Of a stretch of DNA of 64,000 bases, positions 1-11,543 are shown piece after piece. The notes beneath the pieces were generated by a model. It saw only the letters and a list, made by a program, of their open reading frames with translations, was not told where the DNA came from and did not search any database. The DNA is from Chlorokybus atmophyticus (taxonomy: Eukaryota > Plantae > Mesostigma and Chlorokybus algae): contig RHPI01002836.1 of assembly GCA_009103225.1 (NCBI GenBank), positions 1-64,000 of the forward strand, in the 5' to 3' direction. A program made the translations under genes and the position numbers. Every line of letters starts with the position of its first letter. Position 1 is the stretch's first letter.

Positions 1-52
1 TGTGTATACATATATGTATATATATATATATATGTATGTATATATATGTATA
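1..52. repeat. (TA)n/TATG microsatellite
   Basis: Directly visible alternating TA run with occasional TG. Confidence 0.9.
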
Positions 53-3000
53 CGTGTATTTATGTATACAAAAGGGCTGTCATTGACAGCCTCCAACAAG
101 ATTATCGGCATGCCGTGCACATCTGGACAGCCCCCCCGCCCGAATGTCGTAATCAAATTACCCTAACACCCGCCGAGTTGCGGCTCCATTCATTTTCAGA
201 TTTACAGCCTATGGGCATAACAATGAACAGGCGCCAAGCGGCCGTCAGCACACAAAGACCATATGATCCAACTATTTCGCCGTCCCTACCGGTACGTGCA
301 CTTGTAGCTTAGTGGTTGGGGTGTTCATTTGTATACTAAAGGTACAGTGTACACTACCGCCTTTAAGAGCATTCTGTTTATCCTCCGCTATCTTATACTC
401 TCGGCGGGGTAATTCTTTTGACATCTAAGATCATATCATGCTCTTGGGTGTCAAGAGTATAAATATGCTATTGGAGCGATTCTATCACGCCCATCACGCT
501 CATTGCGTCATGCAAATCACATCGCGCTATTTCGCTCATCACGTTCATTGCGCGTCACACCTTGGCCATCACGCCTTCGTTAGCACGCGCGTCACGCGCT
601 ACTCCTCCGACCTTGAGATATCGCTTATTAAAACCTGCGAGAATTAGTGAAATAAAGTTATTCTCTTCGCGGTTAAGCATATTCTCTAAGACACCAATAT
701 TTGCATGTATTCCGTTTAATAATCTTAAAGTCTATGCTGTTAGCCGGGTTATTCGCTTGGAGCGAAGTCTGTTTGAGTTCTTGACTAATCATTGTAAAAG
801 CGCCGCGGCCTCGTGCGCCATAGGGGTGTGGCCGATGCTCTCAGTTTGTGGTCAAGCCACTTTTTATGCATTCACTCTTGAATCTGTTTGTCAATTATAA
901 TAATAATTACGGTTGATGGTCCGCTTGCCGGACCAGTGATGGTTGAATTTCGTTATATTATGGTTTAGTCCCTGGTCCGCTTCTCGGACGGTACTTGGCC
1001 CGGACACCATAAAATTAATCGGGCCGTACGTGGTGCGACCCATGGGAAACTTGGTACTGTTCACGTGAGGTTTGGACCATGCATGGTCCAACTGTCAATG
1101 ACAGTCCGACCATAAACGGTCACGGATTTCACTTAGCATGGGAGACTCCCGCTCCGAGGGTACAGACCATTCATGGTTCTTTGACATCAATTGGTGTGAC
1201 CAACTGGTGTAGCAAGTGTAGATACACCTGGCACCACTTTGGCCCCAGTGATGGAAAGCACTGACACAGCTGAGCTCGAAGCTGGTGAACCCATTGGTGA
1301 TGAAGGCACCACACAGGCCGCCATTGCAGCCCTTGCACCAATCACAATTGCCGCTGCACTCACAGCAGCTACTTCGGTCACAATGACTGCTGCAGGTGCC
1401 ACAACCATCAATGCCGTGGATGCCGCAGCACCCTCTGCAGTCGGCACACTTTTTGCGGAAGCCATTGTCGCTACACCAGCAAAGGTTCGACTAGCCCCTC
1501 CACCACACCTCAATGTCACTCAGCAAGTGCCGCGCGGACCACAAGCAAAGCGCGCCTAGGTGTCCGTCCTCTGCAACATTGAACCAACAACGACTTCGTA
1601 CGGTCCGTGGGGGCAACGCACAACACGCATGGCGCGAGATGATCGCATTATGCCACTACCACCTCCGGAGTACCACACACTCCCGGAGCCCACACAGCAA
1701 CAGTTGGAGGATGAGATTTTACAGGCACTGCGCCGGAGATGCGCGACCGTTTTTTTGGGGTCACCTATCGGTAATCTGCATATGTTAAAGTTTATAATTC
1801 AGCTGTTCCTGGCATTGCTTGCAAGGCTCCAATTGGCACCCACTCGATCACGACAGCCAATGCCTGCTTAGCAGATTGACTTTGAGCCCTCACTTTTGGA
1901 CTTACTTGAACTGCGGCGTTGCTCGGTGCAAGACCTCGTGGTGACCACATCAGATACCGCTCGGCACTGACCCAACACTTCGTGGGCTTGTCCAAGGGAG
2001 CCGACAAGACAGGTTCTCGGCCCTCGAGCATGCATACCGCTATCAACTGGATCAAGGGCCACAAGTAGATGCGCGACGGCAAGCATATGAAGCATCACGC
2101 GCTGCTGCTAGCCAACCCGCAGGGGCATCTGGCATCGCCGGTGCCTCCACCACACTCGCGTCATGCCACCTTCCGCAACCGCGGTCACTCCGCAATGGCA
2201 CGCAACCGCTGCTGACCAAGCGAGGGCATTGGCGCAACAATTGAAGAGGGTAATCGCCCCGCTGCTTTGTTTCCTGGTCGAGGATGCCCGAAGACCAGCG
2301 TGATGCACGGCGAGGTTACCTCACCCTACAAGGGGACACCACACAATGAGGTGGAGCCGGTATGGTGGGAGAGCAACAACTCCGTACCGCGCTCATACGA
2401 CAAGCAGTCATGCTGCACAGGCCGGAGGTCAGTGCATTAAGACAAATGACAGGGTTGCGAGAGAGCGGCGCAGCTCGAGCACGGCTAGTGACATGGCTCG
2501 TCGCCAATCACCCTACCGTCCCCATGTTTGCCTTTCGCAACGGAGCATCATGGTTGGGGGCGTTTATCCGTTTGCTGCAAGCTGCGACAAGCGTATGATG
2601 AAGCTGCCACCACTACTCCCAACACCTTGGACGGAGTGCAGGAGGCAATGCTACGGCTGCCAGGAGTAAAAGCAGCACGACAGCGTTGGAGCAATTGCTC
2701 ATGAGCTACATGCGTGACCGACCTTCCACGCACCATACGTGCACGCATCATCACGGTGCTCGAAGTGGGTGTGGTGCAAAACAGGTGGGATGCCTACATG
2801 GCAGGGATCTTGCGGGTCCCCACCATCACCCACGACATGCGGCGACATCTGCTACGCGCAGTACACCTGCAGCCCATGCCGCTATATTATACGGGATCGA
2901 TGTGGACACAGAGCCCACGGCCACATGGGAAGGGACATTCGTCAGAGAGGCAGCTCATGCTGACCGATGGACCTACCCCGCAAAGCAAGCTGAACGAGAG

Positions 3001-4012
3001 GCAGGCCCACCTGGTCCACCGGCTTCCCTCCCCAACCATTGGGGACACCCGCATGCATGATCGCATCCTCACAAAGGCGGCATCCGCCATTACCTCCACC
3101 ACAGCCAGTTCCAGGACCCCCAGCTCCAAGGCGGTGTCCCCGCTTTTATCAACCCCTACGACAGGGTCGGTTCGGCAGAGGGAGAGGAAGAGGAGGAGAT
3201 CCTTAGGGCTCAACAGGCAAAGGAGCACTGGCTGCAATGCTGTAACAGTCGAGGCCAAGTTTCGTGATTTTATGACCTTTTTTGGCCCATTTATCGAGCA
3301 CCACGTTTTCATAACTTGTGGCAGATATCGGCGAGTTATGAGTTTGCCGCGGATATCGACCGCGGCCCCATGACCACTCCGGAAGGTGCCAGAAAACGGA
3401 GGGCCAGTCGAGAAGGGCTCGACCAGATTTCCGGAAGGGCCTGGCGCCAAGTAGTATAACTTGACCATATGAGCACCTAATCAGGAGATCTTTGGTGCGT
3501 AAGAAAGGTTTAAAAGTATACAAGGTCCTATAATAACATCTTAGCATCTAATTCTGTGTAGCACGGGGATCGTCTAGACAGTAGCATGTGCAGACTGGTA
3601 GGTATAAAGCCGACATTCTACAATGTGCAATACATTCTTTAGCTCCCTAGTTTCTTGTGTGCAAGCCTGGTGGTGGTTAGCAGGGGTTGCTAACATGTGT
3701 CCAGTGGTGTGTACCTGTGTGACGATCCAAGGCGCTACACAAGTTGGTATGTAGCTTCGAGCGCGTGCGCGTGCGCACGCAAGTGGCGGGGCGCGCGTGT
3801 GTGCTTGGCAGAGGGGGCAAGGTTCGGGTGTGAATATCGTGCCTTGGTGATAGGGTTGATTGGACCAACTCACAGGTGACAAGGCATGAGCACCGTCACA
3901 AATGCGCTCAGCACCCTCAACCAAGAGACATGAGGCACAGGTGCCGGCAGTCCGCATTAAGAGGCTGCGTATCAACGTCAACGCTGCCATGGTCGCCAAT
4001 TAAGGCAAGCAC

Positions 4013-4440
4013 ATGACCATCAACGGCCAGGCACCCAAGCATGTGATCCTGGACACCGGAGCACAGCCTGTCATCTTCGAGCATTTCCTCGCTCAAGCCC
4101 TCGGCATCACGAGGTTAAACCTGATGCCTTGTTTGTATGTGTTGGACACTATAGGCAGTCGCGACAAGCTGATGAGGGTCACCAAGGAGGCCTTCTGCAT
4201 TCGGTTGACCGGGCTGGATCCAACCCACAGAGATTGTACAACAATGTGTGGTCATCAATGCCGACTCCTTCGATTTTTTGCTTGGGCAGGACTTCAACTC
4301 CCCCATTGGCATGGGCCTTAATTGCTGGATCGAGCGGGCTTGGTTCCGACCACATTGGGACGAAGATGACGGAGAGGTGCAGAGCTACCCACCTCTCAAG
4401 TTGATATCGCATATACGCATACATACGCACGCCCGACGCA
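4013..4440 (+). pseudogene. Retroviral-type aspartic protease remnant
   Basis: VILDTGAQPVI (DTG active site); C-terminal DSFDFLLGQDF in another frame; frameshifted. Confidence 0.8.
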
Positions 4441-4769
4441 AATTAATTGCATCAGCCACTTTCAACCATGTGTGCATCAGGGAAGCTGCATCAGCCACAT
4501 ACAACAGCGCCCGATGCCGACTCCTTCGATTTTTTGCTTGGGCAGGACTTCAACTCCCCCATTGGCATGGGCCTTAATTGCTGGATCGAGCGGGCTTGGT
4601 TCCAACCACATTGGGACAAAGATGACGGAGAGGTGCAGAGCTACCCGCCTCTCAAGTTGATATCGCATATACGCATACATACGCGCGCCCGACGCAAATT
4701 AATTGCATCAGCCACTTTCAACCATGTGTGCATCAGGGAGGCTGCATCAGCCACATACAACAGCGCCCG
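4258..4769 (+). repeat. 256-bp tandem duplication inside the retroelement
   Basis: ATGCCGACTCCTTCGATTTT starts at both 4258 and 4514; the two units are nearly identical. Confidence 0.95.
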
Positions 4770-5019
4770 AGTTGCTGCCGTTGCTGCAGCTCCTTGCAGC
4801 ACAGAAGCCTCCCCCATCCCTTACCATGAGGAGCACAAGAATGCCATTGTCGAGGTGGCATTACATGATTCGGTCAAACGCCGCTGGTGTGCACATGTGG
4901 ACGCGAGTCTCTTGCTGACCCAACCAGAAGTTACCTCGCGCTTCCACAATAATAAGAGACATGGCAAGATTCAAGATCAACACATGGTGGCCACCGGGAT
5001 GGTGGAGTTCCACACCTTT

Positions 5020-6010
5020 CGGCGATAGCATGGTGTTGGAGCTGTTGCGGGGCTTGGCAGTGGCCTTGCCGCTGTCCTCAACACAGGGGTCAAGGTCACC
5101 AAATACTACTACTGTGACCACGACCCGCACGCACAAACAGCCCTTGAACATCACTACGCCAACCGCACAAGCGCTATCGACAGCAGTTGCCCCTGTCGGC
5201 ATTGCAAGGCAGCCTTAAGACATTGCCACAAAACATCCGGCTGATTACTCAGGACTATTTGCTGTCCCTGGGGAACATTGATATGTTGTTAGCTGGGTTG
5301 GAGTGCGAAGGGCACTCTTGAGCAGGAAAAGGTCAAGGCCTTGACGACCCTCGCTCGGGACTGTTTTAGGAGTTGATGAGAGTCGTTCTTCTCCTCCAAT
5401 AGCACTAGATTACCAAGCCGCTGAGGTACATCATTAAGATTAGGCACTCAGAGGTCAACAAGCGTTCACACGTGGCCTCCAGCTATCGACAAGTGTGCTC
5501 CATTCTTGGGCATGCACTCAAGGTAATGCAACACGCCATGGCTCGCGTGCACATCGTGTACGCACCAAGTGGACAAATTTGGTCACCATACACAAGCTCA
5601 TCACCGCGGAGTACGCGCGCAGCGCACGATCACGAGGCCTCTTGGTCGACGACATCTTTGAACCGGGTCGAAAAGCGGAGCCTGTCACGCGTCACGATTA
5701 CAACCAATTCCACCAGTGCGATCAACCTTGTCCACAGCATCGGGCACTTCCCACTTTGATGTCCTACCCGGGCTCCTATGCATTTCGCAATGGAGGTGAC
5801 AGCATGGTGTGCCACGAGACAACAGGCAAGCTGAAAGAACCCAATGCATGCGAGCGCGAAGCAAACTCGCCATGGGCTTTTTTCCCAACAGTATCATAAG
5901 GGCACCGTTGATAGACCGACAGCAATGCCAGCTGCTCGGCCGGGCCATGAATCAAAACAGCATGATCTGGTTGCTGGAGTTGAGCTTCGCATTGCAGGAC
6001 TGCCATGTGT
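5020..6010 (+). pseudogene. Retrotransposon-borne C5-cytosine DNA methyltransferase, frameshifted
   Basis: Motif I VLEL(F)-GLGSGLAAVLNTG (~5030); motif IV DMLLAGLECEGHS*AGKGQGLDDPRSGLF (5280-5370); motif VIII ATRHGSRAHRVRTKWTNL; motifs IX/X EPNACER..LAMGF...QQCQLLGRAMNQ. Confidence 0.85.
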
Positions 6011-6129
6011 CCGTTGAGGTTCTCAAACACCTGGCTGGGGGCGTGGTGCTGACATAGCCATCAAGGTGGCATACGTGGAGGAGCAAGCGGCAGTGACGGT
6101 GAAAGACATTCCTGTGGTTGCCGACGCAA

Positions 6130-6910
6130 TCTCATGGGACCATGCCATTAACCCTCTTGCTACAGAGGACACGCGAGAGAAGTTGAAGGCTCTCTACAAC
6201 AAATTGAGGAGCTAGTTCAGCTTCAACGTGAAGGAGTTACATGTAGTTGTGCCCCATGGTGTATATGTGCAACAGGCAAAAGTAGAGGCTCTGGCAGATA
6301 TCCCTGTCCCAACGGACCTCACATGCTTGCACGCCTTCTTGGGCCTTGCCACTACTATCGCCGGCTCGTGAAGGACTTCGCTAAGATCGCGAGGCCCCTC
6401 AACGAGCATTGAAGAAGGAAGTGGAGTTCACGTGGAAGAAGCCACAACAGCAGGCTCCCAAGAAACTGAAGAGCAGGCATACCACATTTTCCATCTTTTG
6501 TCCTGACTACACCAAGCCTTTCATTCTTCACACCAACTGTAGCAAGCTCCTGGGAGCCATGCTGGTACAGCACAATGAGAACAATAACGAGCGGGTGGTG
6601 TTATACGCCAGCCGAAGCAACAACAGCGTCAAAGCCTACTACAGCAGCTACGAGGGAGAGTGCCTTGCTGTCGCTTAGGCTATCTCCTTCTTTCGGCCTT
6701 CCTCTTCAGCCAACAGTTTAAATTGATCGCCGATCATCAGCCACTCAGGTGGTTTATGACCAACCAACATCCAACAGGGAAACTTGCCCGTCGGGCCTTG
6801 CTACTGCAGGAGTATGACTTTGAGATCGACCATCGCGCTGGCCTCATCAATCAAGATGCCGATGGACTCAGTTGCAGCCCTCAATTCAGCACCAATGATG
6901 CAAACCAAGC
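6130..6910 (+). pseudogene. Gypsy RT thumb/connection and RNase H remnant
   Basis: KVEALADIPVPTDLTCLHAFLGL..YYRRLVKDFAKIARPL; PDYTKPFILHT; YASRSNN..YSSYEGECLAV; ADHQPLRW..LLLQEYDFEIDHRAG..DADGLS. No YxDD core is present upstream. Confidence 0.9.
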
Positions 6911-7109
6911 TTGAAACAAGCTCGGCCCTGCAGCAGCAGCTCCTATAGTGGCTGCCATGTTCGCTGCCGCCGCGTTACGCTCAGGGCTTACGACCGACAT
7001 CACTGCTAGCAACGGCTGAGGAGATGCCTGCTCTTGAGCCAACCTGCCCCGCAGTAAACACACCCGTAGGGGACACCCACACTGTTGACATCGAGGTCGA
7101 TGACATAGA

Positions 7110-7656
7110 TGTTGAGGATATTTTTGTATCCGGTCAGCTTGCCCTATGTGTCACAGCCCACTCGACCACAAAAGACTTGGTGCTTTTATGGTCGATTTGT
7201 GGTAATGTAATGTACCTTCCCGTTACACTGTGGATAAGAATAGCCGCGAGAAGATTCAGGCGCGAGAAGGTGCTCATCGAGAAAGGTCCAGGCGAGGACT
7301 TCAGTCGAGACGGTTTCAGGCGCGGATTCGAGTCCGGAGACTTTCAGGCGCTATTGAAGAAACGTTGTAGCTCGGTAATTACATCATTGTATGGCACGTG
7401 TCATAGCTTGTTGGAAGGCTCTTAAAATTAGCTACGTGTTGCATTTTGGAGCGCAAAAATCGGTTGAGTGTAGAAGTGATGGTGACTTTTAGCGTAGACA
7501 GGTGCAGAACTGGCGGGTATAAAAGCCCGCGGTGTGACTTTGTTGTCATCCTTAAAACGCCTTTTTGGATCAGCCTTGTGTGTATGCTTTGGTAGAGTGT
7601 GTGTGCTTGTGCTTGCATTAACTCCATGCATGATTAGTAGTGTCCAAATCTCAACA
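7110..7656 (+). mobile_element. Solo LTR (Copia-like family also at 60203-62130) inserted into the Gypsy element
   Basis: Starts TGTTGAGGATATTT, ends CTCAACA, and is flanked by a perfect 5-bp TSD ATAGA (7105-7109, 7657-7661). Homologous to 61702-62130. Confidence 0.9.
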
Positions 7657-7889
7657 ATAGAGCTGACACCTTCCGAAACCAGGCAGGACATATGGCTGAA
7701 CAAGCCATCCCTCTCCTTCCTTCAAAGTGGCCAGTTTCCCGCCGGCACGACTGCGCGCGAGAAGGACCTCGTCAGTCAACGCACTCAGCACTATCACTCG
7801 GCAGATGACAAGCTGTATCGCCGCCTTCATGTGTGGAAAAAAAGAAATTGGACAAGGAGGTGCCGACACCAGCCACACGCGAGGGCATC

Positions 7890-9125
7890 ATCGCTGCCCT
7901 TCACGCGGAGCTTGGAAACTTGGTGTTAAACGAATGAGAAGCCTTGTCAGGGCACAATATTGGTGGCATGGGTTGTACAAGCAAGTGCAAGAGCTCGAAA
8001 GTCACTGCCAGTAGTGTGACATGGTGCGCGCCAGCCTTAACACGCGCAGCGCCACGTTGCACCCTCTCCCCATCTCCGGTCTTTTCTATCGGTGGGGGCT
8101 CGACAATATGGGAGACTTGTCACCCTCGGCAGGCGGTAACTACTACATCCTTGTGATGATCGAGCACTTCTTCAAGTGGGTGGAGTTGGTGCCACTGCCG
8201 GACAAGAGCAGCAGGGGGATGTCTCAAGCTTTCCTCTTTCATGTTCTCAGCCGGTTCAGCAGCGGAGGTCATCACCGACCAAGGCACTGAGTTTAGCGGG
8301 GAGTTTGACCCCCTTGGACATGTGCTACATCGATCATCGCCGTACGTTGCGTGACCACCCCCAACCGCCGGGCTCGCGGAGCGCACGGTGCAGTCCATCA
8401 AGAAGGCACTCCGCAAGTATGTGCTGGAGTACGAGAAGAACACCTGGGATGACCTCCTCCCATGGGTGGCCCTAGGATACCGGCTTCCAAAGCAAGCAGC
8501 TTTGCGTGAGTGTAGCCCTTATTATTTGCTGTTGGAGCGACCGCCGCTGCTTCCCTTTCGTGCACAGCAGGAGGTGGATCATGTGGTGAACAACCTCGAC
8601 GACCCCGACTATGCACCACGACTTTACCACGCGCGCAGCACTGTTTGAGTGCACCATCCCCGTGGCCTTCAACACTGCATCGCGCAGCAACGCGACACGC
8701 TGCGCTACGAGCGCGTGCGCAGTAGTTTTTACAAACAGCGTCAACGTCGGCTCCAAGCAGGGAATTTTGCCTACCGCATGGAGGCCACCAGGGACACGCT
8801 CAACACCTCCGTAGGCTGCACTGTCTACAAGGTACTTAAGGTGTACCGCACAGGGGTGCTGGACCTCCTCGGCTGGAATGGCAAGAGGTTGAAGGACAAC
8901 ATGGTGAACTGCGCGCCATGCCACCTCCCTTACAGGGCTGGCTTCGGGCGTTTCAAGCACCCACGCCCCGCCCGCAGCATATGTTGTGAGCGCTGTCGCA
9001 ATGACGACGACGACCCACTCATGATACTTTACGATGGTTGTAAAAAGGGCTGGACTGCTACTGTCTAGAGCCCTTTGATAAGGTATCAATGGAGAAGTAT
9101 TGCTGCGATGACTGCCGCGCCAACG
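7890..9125 (+). pseudogene. Gypsy integrase with C-terminal PHD finger, frameshifted
   Basis: H(F)GVKR..YWW..C..C zinc-binding region; FYRWGLD..YILVMIEHFFKWVELVPL; (ER)TVQSIKKALRK; WDDLLPWVALGYR; PHD CERC..LMILYDGCKKGW..C..YCCDDC at ~8982-9118. Confidence 0.88.
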
Positions 9126-9197
9126 GACCTTCACACTTGCGTTCGAAGCTAAGCTCTGCAGCTGTAGGACCTTCTCAGAAGCTCAGGGGGGGTGGCT

Positions 9198-9451
9198 TGT
9201 TGACTATGTGCCCTACATCACAGCCTGTATACTATGGTGAAGCACAACTCCCCAAGTCTGTATTACTCAGCAGTGGACAAGCTCCACTAAGCACTTGTCC
9301 CATGAAAGCTAGGTTATCTTTTGCTTTTGCCGACATGCTATGGTGCAGTAGCATGTCTAGTGGGCATGTCTTCTCCAGCGGCTGTTTGAGACAGCATGAC
9401 CCTCAACTCTCCTCGGCCCGACAAGTGACTGTACTTACCGTATGCACAACA
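9198..9451 (+). repeat. 3' LTR of the Gypsy-DNMT element
   Basis: TGTTGA...CAACA immediately after the PPT. The 3' end (CTTACC...TGCACAACA) resembles the LTR ends at 59197 and 60065 on the minus strand. Confidence 0.65.
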
Positions 9452-11543
9452 TTAACATGTCTGCTTTTTATACGCTATGTATTAGCTTAGCACATGTAAT
9501 GCTATCGGGGATATTGCATGTCAGGTTCACAAATTACAGGAATTGCATGTGCTTGTACTGCATTGAGCTTATTAATCGGTATGTGTAATGTTGTACTTTG
9601 TAGTTGTAGTAATGTTAATATGAATCCAATGTACCAGGACGGTACATTAAATAACTATAAATCGACCATAAAAGCATCAAGTCTTTTATGGTCGAGTGGG
9701 CTGTGACAACCAAGATTATAGTAATATAATATAATATAATAGTACAATATTCAAAAAATATTGCAGCCAAAAGTTCAACGACACACCTTGTTAATGAAGT
9801 TGATTAGAAGTGTACGTGTGTTAATATGATTATATGTAGCTATCATCGAATTGATATTCATTTGTGATTGCTTTAATTATTATCATGCAACATGTGCAGC
9901 AATTATTAGATTTAGGCTTTATGCACGCATATAAAGCCGTGCTTGGGCTTCTACAAAAAGACCATCCGATAGTGATAGTGGGCAGATAACTTGCCCGGCA
10001 GAATGCATTTATTCTAGGCATCTCTCAATGGGGGAGTGGCGAAAAGCATGTGGGCGGCCAATAAGCATGGTATGCTAAAGAATTGAATCTGCATATTAAT
10101 ACTCAACTTTTCTCCTCGCCTTGCAATTTTCTCAAGCCCCAACCTTCAATTTCCCCCCTATCTTACACCTTGTATGTCCCCAACTGACTTTTTGTCTTCA
10201 TGCGTTTTGCATACCAATAGTCTGCAAAACACATGGGTAGTACCAATGCAAATTTGAAAACATACGGTTAAACACAACCCACAAACACACGCACACGCAC
10301 ATACATGCATCGCATGTGCACGCACGCACACACACAAACACAAACATCACGCAAGTGGAATAATTACGGCACATGCAAGGGCATGCTTCAGCACGTGAAG
10401 GGCATGTTTAAGCACGTTCAGTGCAGTCATTTTAGCAATGCACGTCGCGTATTACATGAGTGAATGCTGCATCCATTGCGGCAATGGATGATGGTGGTAG
10501 GGCAGGTAGGCAAGTAGCCCTTAAAGTAGGGGAGAGTACCATCAAGCAAGCTGATCTTAGCAACAGGGGTCGATTACATCAACGCTTTGTGTAAACTTGA
10601 CATAAAGAAACAAGCAGCAGCAGCAACAAAGTGAGGGGTGAGAGGCGGGTGTGTTGTGCTTATGCAAAACGCGCAGCTATGACAGCTGCCATCTTTTTGT
10701 ATACGTCATGTGCTTTAATCGTACAAGGCCCGCCATTGCTTTACAACGGCTCTTGGTCACGGGGATGTACCACCGTTGCTAGGAGACGTGATACATGGTT
10801 CCTCTCATATACATCTTTAAAGGAAAATTGCGCGAAGCTTGCCAATGAATACCTTCATAAAATTGGCATGAGACGGCATATCGATCATATATATGGTTAT
10901 TACACATGTACTTATATATATTGCATGTGGCTCCTCTTGTGACAGCGACAATGCTGCCATAGCCTAGTAATTAAGACGCCAATAATGTCTTCAAGCGATT
11001 GCACCGCTTCAACAGCACGTAATCATTCAAAGTGCAAATGCGTGTCAAGGTCAAATGCATACATTATTGCGGCATTTTCATACCGTATGCATATCAAATT
11101 GCCTTCAAACCGTATGTGTATATCAATCCATATCGCACATCTATTCAAGGTGTTGATTCAATACAGGAAATGTTTCATGAAAACAATGACATTTGACATG
11201 GATGCAATTGGATTACAGCCCGGGGGAGGGGGGGGCTTTACACAGAGCGCTCAGCGATAGTGGGGAAGGGGCCTATCAGGTTCTCACCTCGGAAAGGTCC
11301 GCTGACCGTAAAAACTACTGACCCAACAAATATCAGATGTGGCGCCAAACAGATTACGCGGTTAGAGTCGACCACAGCTCTCGGTCGATCTAACTGAATT
11401 AGCGTTGATATCACTATGATGTCCCTGGTGAAGCCTTTGAGTGTCGGAGAAACAGTATTTCCCAACCGAGAAAAGCAAGTTGCATCTGTAGTCGTTTGCC
11501 AAAAGAGTGCTTTGCCAAAAACGCACCTTTGGTGTGGGCGGCA

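Larger units (their letters stand above)
1100..9451 (+). mobile_element. Decayed Ty3/Gypsy LTR retrotransposon with order gag remnant - PR - C5-DNMT - (RT core deleted) - RT thumb/RNase H - IN - PHD - PPT - 3' LTR
   Basis: Domain motifs occur in order across several frames (see sub-features). A polypurine tract AGGGGGGGTGGCT at ~9185-9197 is followed by TGTTGAC. No 5' LTR was found, so the left boundary is approximate. Confidence 0.85.

Noticed and set aside
3241-3560. Possible solo LTR inserted in the gag region
   Set aside because: Starts with TGTAACA and is compositionally distinct, but I found no matching end or TSD.
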